Source: Cenococcum geophilum
Taxonomy: Eukaryota
Length of the DNA stretch: 64,000 nucleotides
Assembly: GCA_050273025.1 (NCBI GenBank)
Contig: CP158636.1
Location: 62,001-126,000, forward strand
Reading direction: 5' to 3'
Shown piece by piece: positions 38,821 to 52,979 of this stretch. Made by a program: the position numbers and the translations under genes. Within the stretch, counting starts at the first letter, position 1, and each line of letters begins with the position of its first letter. Under the pieces are notes generated by a model. That model was not told where the DNA came from, ran no database searches, and worked only from the letters and a program-made list of their open reading frames with translations.

Positions 38821-39467
38821 AAAAAAAAGGATCCCTACACCCTTATTACATTCCCTTTGCAACCTTAGAGCTAGTGTAAGCCTAAGGGTGTCCTGTTATA
38901 CGCCTAGGACGCATCTACATTAACTAGCTAGATAAGGCTAGTTTTAGGCCTAGCTATAAGCTAGGTAGTTATATATTAGGCAGTTTTTATATTCTAGTTT
39001 CCCTTTATAAGCCTCCCTAGATAGTAGAACAGGAGCTCTAAGCGGAGGTAGTAAGGCTCCTAGTGTTATTAAGGGCGATACTTTATACGCGTCACGGGCT
39101 CATTACCACAGAATTAAACGACAGCGCTGCACGCGCTACGATGGCTCTCTACTATCGCCTCTATACTTAGCCATTAAGAGGAACGGATTCTAGATAATAT
39201 TTCCACCTATAGTATATAGTAGGGCTTCGCGGGCAAAGGCTATAAATAGAAAGATACTAAAGTTAGAAGTTAAGAGCTTGGTAGATAGTATTAGTACTAT
39301 TGGCTTTTAGTATGCTATTATACCGAAACTGTATAATATAGTAAGTAGACACGTATATAACATGCGTTAATTCGCAAGCCGTTATTAACAGGTCTCGCGC
39401 AGTAACTAGTAATCGTCCTATTATATTTACCCAGGCATTTTTAATGCCCGTACTAATAGCTACTACA

Positions 39468-39539
39468 ATACTTATCTTAATACTTATCTCGACACTTATC
39501 TTAATACTTATCTCAACACTTATCTTAACACTTATCCGG
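39468..39539. repeat. 12-bp tandem repeat x6 (ACACTTATCTYR)
   Basis: Directly visible; each unit contains GATAAG on the minus strand. Confidence 0.9.
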
Positions 39540-40728
39540 ATTAATTATTGTCCGTTTTTATAACAATCGTATTTTAGTATGTTATTATACTAAAACCCCC
39601 CACACTTAACCCTAACAATTAGTAACTTTCTTATTATACCGCTTATTTATCGCCCATGCTTATCTAACGGCTGCATAACCGGGCGTTAGCTCTACGATTA
39701 CTTCTCTATAGTTATCTCTACCGCTATTAAAAACAGCTGCTCTCAATTTTCCTAGCTATTAAGTATTAGTATATAGTCATGCCAAAACCATATAACGCGA
39801 CTTAACTTTTATAATCCGCATTAATTGGCGTGTTTTCTTAACATTATCTTTGCCTATTATTACTAAGAATTATACTAAACAACGCTTTTACCCCTTAGTA
39901 GAACCTGCGATATATATAAAAAGGCTATTATATTAGCAAATTAGGCCCAGTATATATAAACTATTTATCCGGAATCCATTATCTTACAGACAATTAAAGG
40001 CGAACAATATTGGTGCGAAAAATGCAACTCTTTTATATCGCGGAGTTAGAAGGCTAGGCGCAACCGTCTTCGCTATAGTAACGCCGGCAGCAGTTTTCTT
40101 TAGTACTTAAATATATCTAGGGGTCTATCAACCTATTACTTACTACCTACCTAGTGGCAATTTGTCGTCGTTAGCATTTTCGTTAGCCCGTAACTAATAT
40201 CTACCTATAACTTACCTATTTTATATATATATAGTCTCTTTTCTTTATAGATTAATCTATATATAAGTCCTTCTTTTCTAACCTAGTTTTTAGTAGTCGC
40301 TAGGGTTACAAACAGAAACTAGCTTTAAGCGTTAATGGGATTAATATACAGAAAGTATATAAAACTAGTAATCTATCTAGAGTGGAGCCAATTTAGCGCA
40401 TTTAGCTAGAGCCAATTTGTATTAACTATGCATCCTGTAATTTAATTAGTGGTATAAAGTAGATTTTAAGGCTTTAGAGCTCTTAGAGCGCCAGCCATAT
40501 ATCTAATTAGAAGAAGGTGGCTATGGGAAGGATTAATAAGGCGTTAGAGCGTGATGTTAAGCCAATTAGTAGAGCCGTACAATAACTCGCTTTTTTAAAA
40601 TGTAAGCGTTCTTTATACAATCTATAAAGTTTACTTATTTCCTTTCCTTCCTACTCTCTTTCCTATATACTTAATTACTTAGTAACTCAATTTTATCTCC
40701 CTTAATTGCTATAGAGCGATTCTTTCCT

Positions 40729-42390
40729 ATGCGCGCTGCCGCGCCTACTAATAACGTTATCCTTATACCAAAATTAATTAATTTAAAGGCCAACGACTTT
40801 AAGGAAGTTAACAAGTTTCGGCTCTATAGTAGATAGTATATTTAATATAAATCTCTTATAAAGCAGCTAAAGTATACTAAGCAACAAATATTACCAATCT
40901 AGCGGTGGGGTTTAAAGAAGAAGAGATTAGTTTTAGGGAAAAGCCTATACCTAGCGGTAGGGTAGTGGTTATTAAGGACAATAAGATTATAGAGGAAGGT
41001 AATAAGGAAACTAATAAGTAAATCTAACAATCTTCCCTAGTAAGTTTAAACGCCTCCTACCCCCTAAATAAAATACTAAAGTCGTGCTAAAACTTACTAT
41101 AAGTAGTATATATCTACACTAGAGCTCCATAGCGCTCCTAAAGTTAAATCGTCCTTTTAGTAAATAGAGTGGATTTAACCTTAGAACTACGCTACTACTT
41201 TAGTCTAAATAGATTACTGCGTAAAACTGTAAGCGGTAAAGAATAAAGTATATACGTATATATGCAAACAAATTAACAAATTATAAAATATAAATTTAAG
41301 ACTGGGCTAAGAGCTACCTAATTATAGGCTTATATTAGAGAACTGCAAACTAGAAGAACCCCTATTATTTAATAAGTACAATATATAGACTAGAAGGATT
41401 ATAAGTACGACGACTTACGCTATCGGAGATATATTATCTGCTTCTAAAGGTTAGCAGCCTAAAGTGCCGCTTATTATACCAGCCGCGCTAAAGCCTAACA
41501 CTAACAATGCGGCTTAAAGAGTATTTTGCCCATCTCTCAACTAAACCCACTATTGGCGTATATAAATGCCTGGTAAATATACCGGTATATAGTATATTAA
41601 GAGACTTAAAGGAGATAAACTAGAGTAAAAAGCGTATAGAATACTAGCTTATAGACCTATCTTCCTATATAGCCTTTTAGATTTGCGGCAAAGCTAGTGT
41701 CTTCTTATTACCTTATATAGATTATAACTATTACTATAAAAGAGGGATAGAAGCTAGATAATATGGTTATAGTAATAGAAAGCCGAATTTTATAAGCGGG
41801 CGAGGAACGATAAAGTTACGCTAGAAATATCCTTATCCGCAATATACTTAGGGTAAGGTAATAATATAATACAATCCAGGGAGGTAATTTACGCCCCTTA
41901 TTTAATTACTAGTGTGCTTATATCCGGTACTATAAGTTGGGATTTTAAGACAATATTATAAGTTATACGTTAATTAATACTTAAACTATATTATCTAAAG
42001 ATAACAAACGAAGATCTAATAAAAGAATTTAGGGTAAAACTTTAAAGTGTTAAACAGCTATAAAGTATAAGGTATTAAGCATAGCCGTAGGATTCTAAGG
42101 AGGAATTAAACGAGTTCTTAGCTTTGCTTAAGGTATGTCCAGCTCTAACCCTACCCTATAATGCCTTTATTCCTATTTAACTAGATTATATAGTTTAGAA
42201 AGTACGTTCTAATATAACGCTTTAAGAAATGGAATAGCAAGCTATATAGATTGGAAAGCTGTAACTACTAAATAGGCTATAGTTTAAATAGGTGCGCTTG
42301 TATAAGAGCTATAAAACAATTTAGATTAGTTTACCATACTAAATACAACTATTTAGGAGTATATTAAAACATACTATAAGTAAATAAGGG
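40729..42390 (+). pseudogene. Degenerate multi-exon gene of unknown function
   Basis: Coding-like sequence with probable GT..AG introns (e.g. ~42134-42183); ends at palindrome 42394. Confidence 0.4.
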
Positions 42391-42599
42391 TTGTTTTAGC
42401 ATATAAACATCTAAAGAGCGCTAATGTTTTAATAAGTGCTACGTTACTATATTTATTATTTGCGTTCCTATTATATTAAATATAATTACTATATATTACG
42501 TTAGCCTTTAATATAAAATCCCCATAATAAACCCTCTCTATACTATAGTAGCTTTAAAAAAAATACTATAGAAATATTCGTTGCTATAAGAACTATACT

Positions 42600-44250
42600 T
42601 CTTAGCTTTACTCCCGCCGAAGTTCTTCTAGCATTAACCCTCCCTATTTACTTCGCCCTCCGTATTTGCCATACCCTCCTTATCCCTACCATCCGCATTA
42701 TCCTTAGTCTTATCAATCTCTAAACTGCTACCCTTAGACAGATTAGATATAACTTTATTAGCTATAATAACACCTTACTACTTTTTAGCGGCTATACCTT
42801 CCGGACTAGTATTAAGTGCTTTACCTTCCCCTATTACCTTACTAATCCTTTTTAAAAGAGGTCTTTTAATGCCTGTCTTAATTTGCCCAATTATAATAGG
42901 CTAGCTAGCTTTAATAGGCTAATATAGATGCTCCTTTAGTAGCGTATATATAGGGCTGATAAAAGGGGCCTATGTCTTTAGTAGGCTATACACAGAGGCC
43001 ATCCGTTAGTTTCCCTAGCGGTTTAGCCTAGCATTTTTAGCAACGGTTTAAAGAGGAGTAGGGTAAGCTTACCTATTTATAACGCTAGTGGGTAGAATAG
43101 GGATAATACTAGGGCCGAAAATCTCTATTAAGGCTATTACGCCTTAGGCCATCTAATATATATTTTATAAAATGGAGGGAGAGATATAGATTAAATTAGC
43201 TAGGAAGTTAATAACGTATAACTGCCATCCTAGCCTATAGCTGGTTTTATAGCCTAAATCCTAGAGAAAGCTTAACAAAGCAGTGTCTTTGGCGGCGGCT
43301 AGGGTTTTAAGCTGATTAAATTAAGAAAGAAGTTCAACGTGTAATATAATCTGCTCTATTGCGGCGAGTTTACCTTATAGATTTAGCCGTAAACGCTAGG
43401 TACGGGCAAAGGTATTAAAGAAGCTCCGCACCGTGGTAATATTAGCTTTGTCTTTAGCGGCTGCTTCTACTCACGCCCTAGCGCCCCTATTAATCCTATT
43501 ATTATAGTTGGCAGTATAGCTTTATAGCAATGCTTAAAGACATATTGCGGCTTTAGGCCCTATTATATTGGCAAAAAAGAAGTTAGTAATCTCTATAGCT
43601 TCGCTCTTACTAAATCTCTACCGCCTGACTTTGTTATTCTTAGTTACCTTAACTTCTAACTTTTTAAGCTTTTTGTAAAACTTATCCCGTGCGACCTTAA
43701 GTGCGGCTTTATCAGCTTCTATACTTAGTGCCATCCTGATTTTTTTAAGCCTATCGCTACAGCCGTTATATTTAGTGGTAGGATCACTACCTTATATATT
43801 ATTACTGCTACTACCTACGTCTAAGTCCTCGCTTAACTTATCAATGTCTATATTTTTTTTGCTGCTATCTTTAGCGGTTGGTTTGATCTTGTTGTTGATA
43901 CTTAGCAGAACTCGTGGTTGGAAGCCTTTAGGAAGTTTAATATAGTAGGTATCCGCGAGGGTCTTAACGTAGAGGTTAAGAGTAACGACTATGGTTTAAA
44001 TCTGTTCGGTATTTCCCTTCGCTTTGTTTTTAATATAGTCTAAAAGGCTAGCTAGTGTTTAGAGTTGTTTATCTTAGAATAAAGCTGCGTAAACTATAAG
44101 AGTAGACTTATATACTTTGCTAAGGTAATCTATATTATAGGGGGTAGGATCTTCTATCTAAGAATCTTCTACTCTTCTTCACTTAGTCGGTGGTACTTTT
44201 CGCGGTAAAGCGTTTAACTTATAACGGGTTATTCTAGTAACAAACAGCTA
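42600..44250 (-). pseudogene. Orphan family P, divergent paralogue (P0)
   Basis: EITNFFFANI(M)GPKAAICL ~43540-43594 matches ITNFFF..IMGKPAL.CL of P1-P3. Confidence 0.65.
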
Positions 44251-44639
44251 TATTACGAGCCGCCGATATAATAGCGATAGGGAAGAAGACGCTTTAGTAT
44301 AAACTACTAGTAGCAGTAAACAAGGGCCTAGAGGTAAAGTTAGTAGGTTAAATACTTTATAAAGGACCTACGGGAAGGCATTATTGGATTGTTTTAACTT
44401 TATTAACGGAAGGTCTATGCACCTACCTTATTCTAGTTAGAATAAAACGATTACGTAATTACCGCGCCAATCCTCTAAGCTACGTGAAATGTAATTACAG
44501 CATTAGTACTAGTATATTAATTTTGGCATGTTAATATACTCAAATATTATATACAGTAGGAGGATATTATTTTAGCATATTTATATGCCGAAAGACGATA
44601 GTTTTATAATATATTTCTCTATATCCTATACACACCTAC

Positions 44640-45980
44640 CCCTATATATTAAACACCGCCTACCGCTTAGGATTTAGAACGCTTATTTAATACTAAATAT
44701 AATACAGCCCTACTAAAACCTAACCCCCCTAGCTATTGCATTAACGCGAGCTACTATATCCGCTAATTGTTGCATACCATCTAGAATCCTCTTGCTATAT
44801 TCTGTAATATTATCGCGATACGGTTGCGATATTATGGATATCTTATTTAACCTAACCTTATTACCTTTCTACTTATTACTTTCTCCTGCTTACGCCCTTT
44901 TAAAAGATACAGAATATTGACCACTAGATACTATAGTGTGTGGGGCGTCGGGCAAGCCTTCTTATATACTCTAAAATGGTGAAACGGAAGTAAAAGAAGA
45001 GGTACGGGGCCTAAGGTTTTGAGGCTTTGGTTTTTAGGCTTTAGCCTACTTATCTACGCGTATAATGTGTTTTATAGGAGGTTGCTCCTCTATAGACGGG
45101 CTTTATTCTCTTTATAGTTGGCGCTAAGTTAATAGTAATAACACCAGTTTATTAAGTAGCTTCTTTAGTCCTTCTAGGCAATGCGTTTTCTAAAGTGTCC
45201 GGTTAATACAGTTTATAGGATAACTAGAAGGATTAATCCGCCGTCGCTTAAGAGCCTTTTTAGGTAGTACTGCGGCAGTACGTAAAGAGACGGGTTCCAA
45301 CTGGGTGGAAATAACTATCATAGCTATATTAATTATTAACACCTAAAATTTCTAGATATTAACGCACCTAGGAGTGCAGTAGAATAAAGTATATAAGGTT
45401 CTCTATCTAGGTCCTCGCGAATAACTTCTCATATAGCATTCTTAAGACTTTTACGCGCTGCGTTGGAGCCCTAGGTGGAGTTAGTATTGCCTAGAAGTCC
45501 CTAAACTATAAGGAAATAAACCTTTTTTTTACTATCGCTTTTAGGCTACTTTATTACCGCTTGGCCTAGCCTACTAGCGTACTATTAAGGGGGAGAGATA
45601 TAATTAATAGTTACCGCTTACTGCGAAGAGAATTAGATACGGCTTTATAATAGGTATAGTATAGATAAAGTCTATCTTTATAAGAAGGCGCGTAATAAGC
45701 GGGGTGTTAAAAACACATCGCCTGCCTAATTAGGAGTAGCTGCTTTTCTTAGCAAAATAAGTAATAAAAGAATATTAATATTAGTAGAAGTTATACTATT
45801 AGATATATTAAGTATATCAGAAATACCTAGAGAAAACTTTACTTAGGTAGAAAATTGTATAAAAATTAAAATAAACTTACTGATGGTAAAGCTACGCGAT
45901 AAGAGCTACTCCTTACTACCCTAGCTATAACCCTAGCTATAACCCCTTATATATACTTTTATCGTTAGCCTTAACTTTCC
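44640..45980 (-). pseudogene. Degenerate gene of unknown function
   Basis: Coding-like minus-strand frames with RIP stops and probable introns. Confidence 0.35.
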
Positions 45981-45999
45981 TAATTAAGACTCTTATTAT

Positions 46000-46620
46000 A
46001 TAACTGCTTCCTTACCTTTTATCTTACTGGACTTGTAAGCGTTATTATATAATACTAACTAGTTAGTAGATTGCTATCCGTTCCAGTATAAGAGTAGACG
46101 CATTACTTATTTTCTATACGTTACGGATATTCTAGCTTAGAACAATAATCGTAACTATACTAAATAGGCTCTTTAACTGGCGAGGCTTAGCTGGTCTCTA
46201 GATATCCTATATAGTATTGGCGCTTTCTAGCTTCCTTATTAGCATTATCTGCTATATTCTACCGGCTTTATCTCCACTCTCTATCTTAATATCCGTTTCT
46301 AAGGTATAGTAGTTAACACTACTAGCATAGTTTGTCCCTATTGATTTCTTAGGTGTTTTATAGGGAAAGATAACTAAAATAATAACTAATATAATTAGTA
46401 CGCGTTACGGAGGACTAGCTAAGTGCGATAACTTTCGTTTTATATTAGTAATGTTTATAGTGGTTTAAGTACCATTATATAATAATATAGCCCTTATAGT
46501 ATACTCCGGCTAATGTATAAGGTAAGTAGGTTATAGTAAATATAATAGGGAGACAAACCTGCTTTATATATAGCACGCCGCCTTATATTGCTGTAGTTAA
46601 TATAACCTTGCTATTTTAAT
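46000..46620 (-). pseudogene. Degenerate gene or 5' exons of the preceding gene
   Basis: Coding-like sequence; boundaries uncertain. Confidence 0.25.
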
Positions 46621-47149
46621 ATTAAACGTTTCGGCGAGAAAGAATAGATGTTATTTTAATAAAGAATAGAAGTACAACGTAGCCGCCTTGTTATTAGTGG
46701 GAAGCGTAAATAAGGAGGCTAGTTAGACAATATAAGGTAGACGTAGCTGCTAAGTTGCGCGTAAAGGCGGTAAAAACGGGGTTTTTTAATCCTACTGAGG
46801 TGGCTTATAGGGTTTTCCCCCTAAATGCCAGCGGTTTTCTTTCCTGTATAATACATAAGTGTATAGAGTAATCTATATACGCTAACATAGGCTCTACCGC
46901 TCTAGTTATCCACCTTTAAAATTTATAGTTGAATTAACTTATATATTTAAATGTAATATAAAACAAAACTAGTTAAGTAGGATATTAATAAGAGAGATAA
47001 AAAGATATAACGATAACCGTTTATTTATTTCGAGCTTTACTAGCTAAATATAATTAGACTTTTAAATAGCAGGCTCTTACCTAATAGCCAGATACAGTTA
47101 CTATAAAAGCTAGTTATTTAACTAGCTAATATTAGCTATAGTAGAGATG

Positions 47150-48100
47150 GGAAAGGTATAGAGGAACTAGTATATATGCGCTAAAAGGAGAATATAACCC
47201 AATTGCGAGCTTCTAATACTACTAGTATAGAATTATAACCGATTTTTAAGGTAAATGCAGAGCAGGGAAGATATAAACGATAATAGTTAGTGTAATAAAA
47301 TATGTCTTGGCCGAAATTTTCTAATAATCTAGCATGTCTAATATAAGCTAGTAGCATGGAGTTATTATTCTAAGTATATTCTTCTAAATACTATTATAGC
47401 CACCATGTACCCTTTAACTTATATCCTTAGCGCTTTCTCTTTTCGCCTTTTAAGTCGCGGTAGGTCCCTAATATAATACCTAAAACATTATCCATCTTCC
47501 TTCCCGAGTCTGTAAACAGCCTTCTTTTAACGCTATCCTTCTTAACTAGTGTTATAGCTTTCGTTTTACTTAGTATTAGTTTCCCAGCGGTCGCAATTAC
47601 TAGGCTATGGATTTTCTCTTCAATATCTTCCTCAATATCTCCTTAGATATCTTCTTGGATATCTTAATCCAAGTCTTTATTAGCAAACTCATAGTTAAAG
47701 TAAGTATCTTTAGGGCTTAATTTAATATCGGAGACTATAATATAACTATACTCTTCTTTGTCCTTTTCGACTATATTAGGTGCTTTAGTAGTCATAATAA
47801 TTCTATTTACACTACCGGGAATAACTATAACTAAGTTAAATATATATATGCAAGTAATAATGGAAAGCTCCTTACCTTTAAGGGCGGCCTTATAAATTAA
47901 TTTACTAGACTCGGATAGTTCGTATATACGCTTTATCACGGCTTTTATCTAGCGCTAATTAGTTAATCCTCTTAATATAACTGTAAGTGCACTATTAGAG
48001 CAACTACCCGTTTATATTTAATATTTAAAGCCGCCACTTTCTTCCTATTTAGATCTTTAGATAACATTTTCTATCTAGAGCACTATAGACGATTACTCTT
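47150..48100 (-). pseudogene. Degenerate gene of unknown function (includes ORF 47664-47939)
   Basis: Frame continues through RIP stops into acidic (Q/E)EDI repeats. Confidence 0.45.
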
Positions 48101-48162
48101 AACTGCAGTGTCTATAGCGGGATTGTAGTTGTGTAGAGATTGTAGTTATATTAAGGGGAATA

Positions 48163-48267
48163 CTATATTAGATGGAGAGGGTCGTGTTAAATAGAGAGGG
48201 TTGTGTTAGATAAAGAGGATTATGTTAGATAGAGAGGATTATATTAGATAGAGGGGATTATATTAGC
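48163..48267. repeat. 19-bp tandem repeat x5-6 (GTTGTGTTAGATAGAGAGG-like)
   Basis: Directly visible. Confidence 0.85.
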
Positions 48268-48469
48268 TAAGTGATTTCTATTACTAAGCCTATATTAGCG
48301 CGTTATATAAGTTTAGTATGTTATTATACTAAAACCAACCAGCTACAAATACTTAGAATTCCGTTGCACCTTTATCTAAATAAATATCGTTAAGCATTAA
48401 GTGCTTATAGCTCTTAGTAGTTAAAAGATACCAAACCATACCCTCTACCGCTATTTATAACGACATTAA

Positions 48470-49734
48470 TAGATATAAGAGGTGATTTAGAGCTAGGAAT
48501 ATTACATTGGCTTAATTATAATAAATCACTATAAATAACCTCTCCTCTAACTAAACATTCTTAAACCCTAACTAACTTACCTAGGGCTAAATCGTATAAT
48601 GTATATGAAATCGACCCTACGCGTATTATTAAGGACAACAAAGCTGTTTAGTTATTCTGTTAACGTACGGGTATAATAATAAAGATGCTACTTAAGCTTG
48701 GGAACATAGCGTAATAGCTTAGCGTTAGTCGGGATATAACTAAAAAAATAGGTATATTATACGGCAACTACTATATATAGCTCCTTAGAAGTATAAAGAA
48801 GGACTAGAACAAAATAGATAAGACTATACCATAGGGCCAGGAAGATAATCTTAGAAGATATATAACATTCCTTAAATAAGAGAATAACTTATATGCCAAG
48901 GATGTTGCAATATTTATTTCGCTTATATTAGATGCTAGCCGTGTTTAAATTGACCAGCTATTAGTAACCGAAGTCATTAACATTAAGCCGCTTACTTTAC
49001 TAATGCGTTACATTATCGCCTTACCTTAGGGTTTAATTAGCTAAGAATCTTAGGAGAAGAGCCGTTATATATTTATTAAATTGCTATAAGTAGAGGTGCC
49101 TAGCTACAAAGCGGGCGCCTATAAATACATTCTCTTTATGCTTAAGGAGTGTTTAATAGGGCTTCTACAGCTCTTTTTTACGACTATATATAGATTAAAG
49201 TGCTATGACGACTAATATATAATTAAGGAAGGTATGCGTTCAGTTTAATATATAACTCTAAACCCGTTACTTAAAAACTTAAGAGAATCTATTCAATAGA
49301 TGCTCGGCTATATATTTAATACAAAAGACCTCCCCACTAATACTATTAATCCTAAGTATAGCCGTAGGCGGGAATGCACCGAGGCGACCTTAAAGATAAC
49401 ATTAGTGGTAAATCGGATGCCACTAGTTATAGCAGTCCTCTTCAAAACAGATATTAAAAGGAAAGAGGAAAAATATTAGAAGGTATTTAAGAAGATAGAG
49501 ATTTAGTATTACACTACGAAGGGTATTTGTACTGTATATTATAAACCTATTAGGTACGTCTTCTATATTAACAAGACCTACTATACTACTCACTAGGTTA
49601 GTAGAAGGCCCAATAAAGGCAGAATTGTCCATTACAATAATATAGCCAGATGTGATATGGTATATTATAAGACGAACGATTAGTAGGAAAATATTAAACC
49701 AACGTAGGGTGTTATCGCGGTGTTCTACGAATAA
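48470..49734 (+). pseudogene. USP/peptidase C19-like cysteine protease
   Basis: Cys-box-like FLK(W)ENN(SC)AKD 48868-48903; His-box-like YKPI(G)YVF(H)....(H)YTTH(W) 49540-49596, IVHYN(D), and terminal VIAVFYE*. Confidence 0.55.
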
Positions 49735-49969
49735 ATTATATCAAAAAATATAATTTAGTTTTAACCCGCTTATTATATTATATACTATCTAGTTATGCTT
49801 TACAGGTTGTTTATTAGATAGTAATAGAAATGGATTAAAGTGGAGTAGATTAAGGCTCAAATCTACTCCATCTAGCAAATCGCTAGTAGAGCCCTAGGAG
49901 TTTCAGCATATAACTATACTATTAATAGTATATATATATAAGTCTTGGCAACCTTTTAGTATTAAGGAA

Positions 49970-50458
49970 GCTTAGTGCGAATCTCATTAATTTAACGCCC
50001 TTAATCCTTATCGCTAGTGATATTATCGCCTTCTAGATTAACCAGTTGCTCTGCTAAAGGACATACCCTATTTTATATGCAGTATTAGCTTTATTAAAGC
50101 TCCTATTAACCTAAATTAGATTTCCTTACTACCGTTTTATAACTGTCTTTAATACCTAGTACCCTATATCTTACCACCCTGTCTCTTACTATTGTATTAC
50201 TTACTACCTATTTCTATCGCCTATACTAATTTTATATATATAGAGAGCTTCTAAAGCTATCTTTAATCAATAGAGTTCTTATTACTAATCGGCCTGTTTA
50301 ACAGCTCCACACTAAATATACACCTTACTGTCTAGCCAGAACTCTATATCCTTTACAGCATTAATAGCGTTTAGATTAACTAACGTCAGGGCGAGGATAA
50401 TATCGTCAAAGGTAGAAGATATGTGTGGAGGGAAGAAGCGTTACTATATTTAGAACAT
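49970..50458 (-). pseudogene. Short degenerate gene of unknown function
   Basis: ATG 50458, MF(Q)...RFFPPHISSTFDDIILALT; ends toward palindrome 49901. Confidence 0.4.
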
Positions 50459-50819
50459 AGCGAATATACTAAGGAAAAGGTGGCGATAGTAAGGTAGGTA
50501 GGCAAGGACGAGCTTTAAGGAGGGTGTTAATATAGGTAAGCAGTGGTAAGGGCTAGACGATAGACGCGAGTTAAATATTAGGCGGCTAAGACTATAATTT
50601 TTAAACGCCCTACTACAAGGAGTACCACTAATTGACTTTACTACGTACTAACTACTAGACGCTTAATCCTCCTAAAGAGGTATAAGCTATAGAGCTCCAG
50701 GAGCTCTATTAGGTTTAATCTACACTACTTTACTAATTAAATCAATCGATTTAAATCTAGTAAAAAGGGTGCTCTATCTAGAGCTCTAAATAGCCTCCAA
50801 TCTAGTTCTATTACTGTTA

Positions 50820-51390
50820 TTAGATAGTATCTTTACAAGAGTATATTCTCCTTAGCTAAGCCTATTTTTTAACCTTGTGGTTCTCGCTGTTATTATAAAT
50901 CTACCTAACTATAAGTCTATAGCATAGCCCGCCTTAGCTATCCCTATATAGTATAAATCCTACCCTCCTTTCCCTTTCCCTTTTTACTTGGGCTTGGCCT
51001 AACCTCATTATTACTAGATAAGATTTCGTTAACGCGGACCTTGCGCAGCAGTTACGCTTTACTTAGTAAGATTTTCTTCTTACACGTTTTGCTTAGTAAG
51101 GCTTTCTTCTTACGCAATACAGCTACTATATCTACCTTCTTGGTTTCCAGCTTGTCGTTAGTAATCGTATCTCCACAGTTTTTAAGAGCTTCTCTGTATA
51201 TAACTAGGTCTAATAAGCTTCGGTTAGGAGATTTAAAGGTTATTAGGACTGACCCTAGAACGCGACTTAGTAGATTATACTCCCACTTAAGTCATATCTT
51301 AAGATAATAGCTATCTGTTATTCCATCTAAATCCGGTTATTAGGCTATCAAACATTAACCTTTACTATTTTAGTACACTTACTTCCAACA
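50820..51390 (-). pseudogene. Degenerate lysine-rich gene of unknown function
   Basis: Minus-strand coding-like frame with repeated RKKK(A/I)LLSK; plus-strand ORF 51041 is its antisense shadow. Confidence 0.35.
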
Positions 51391-51919
51391 CTGCTTGCTC
51401 TATTATCGCGGCTACTATATTTATAGAAGTGGTAATAGTAAATACCGTGTAAAAGATTATAAGATATGCTCTGTAGAAGGTTAGTTATAGTGTGTACTAA
51501 GTAGCTAAGCAGTAGTTTAGAGTGGAGGTAGGGCGAATTATAGAGTGGCGTGTTTTGTATAGATGGTGAATTAGTATTATTAGGGCTGCGTTATTAAGTA
51601 AGTGGGTTTCGGCATATTACTATACCAAAATCTAGATTTTATCTTCCTTCTCGCGCCCAACGCCTTAACTAGTTAGCGCGGCATCCACTTTTAGCATAGC
51701 CCTATTTAGTATAACAATATGCCGAAATAAAGACTCCTCAAAGCCACTGCTCCTTTAGTTTAATACTATTACACTTATCACGCTGTCAATACTATTTACC
51801 TCTTAGTAACTAGCCGCCTCTAAATAACGCTTCCTAATTAGTAATCCCTACTGTCTAGTAAGCATATAGAACGTCCTAGGATATATTTATACCGCTAATA
51901 TCTAAGTAGTACTATAGCT

Positions 51920-52400
51920 ATGGAAAGATTACACGCGTTAGTTAATAAAGTCCTACTACGTCCAGGCGATATATATAACAACATCAATAAATATATTAAG
52001 GATAAAGAACCAGACTGCAAATGCTACGACATAGATATCTTTTATCCACTTAGTGCAGACGACGATTACGACTACTTTTATAGTAGCTGTATTGCCTTAA
52101 TGGAGGAGTATTGCGTATTAAGAGAGAAAGAACTAGCAGCGAGGAAGAAGGAGCGGGAAAGAGCCTAGATACTTGCCTTATTTAATGAAGTTATGCCGCA
52201 TAAGAGCTAATTATGTTACAACATTTGCAAATTTAAAGAGAACGAAAAACCAGGCTATGAATACGGCGATGCCGATCCCTTTTATCCTCTAAGCGCAGAT
52301 AATAAGCTAAATACTCCGTTAGTACTTCTAGCAAAACTCTAAAAGAGTTAATAACCGCAGATCAGTTACTAATATTACTAGTAGGTCTTCTTAGGCTACT
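51920..52400 (+). pseudogene. Small protein with internal two-fold repeat (FYPLSAD motif)
   Basis: ORF 51920-52168 reads through a TAG into a second repeat ending PFYPLSAD ~52277-52300. Confidence 0.55.
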
Positions 52401-52979
52401 AGGCTAGCTATATACTAACACTCCTATAATTCTTACTACGGCGCGAAATAGATTTAGCTAGATGGATAGTTTATTTATTAACGGCTTTATTTATTATATA
52501 AGCCCTCTTTATTATATAGTTAGAGCTAGAGCTTCTAAGTATAAATATAAACCTAGTTTCTATATTAGTATGCTTCGCTACTATATATTAAATACTTATA
52601 GTTACTGTTAACTATCCTTATTAGTGTATTTTGTATAAATCTCGCTCTATATAACAGTGTCCCGTATATTAATGCAAATATAGAAACTCCACCTTAGTTA
52701 GTTAGCACTAATAACTACTATAGGTAAGACTAGGTTTAAATCTACACTAGTAATATTTATGTTATCTATCGCTTATTATTAACGTAATTGATATTATAAA
52801 ACTCTCTTAGTAGGCAGCCCTATAATCACGAAGAAATCTTAGCCTAGTAAAGATATTATATTGGTAAAGTAGAGTCTAGAATTTAAGCTCCTTAGCCCTA
52901 TATAAGGCCTATACTACGTAATTTTAGAAAATAAAAAGTAGACCATTTTACGCTACCACGCCACCCTACTCTATTAGGG

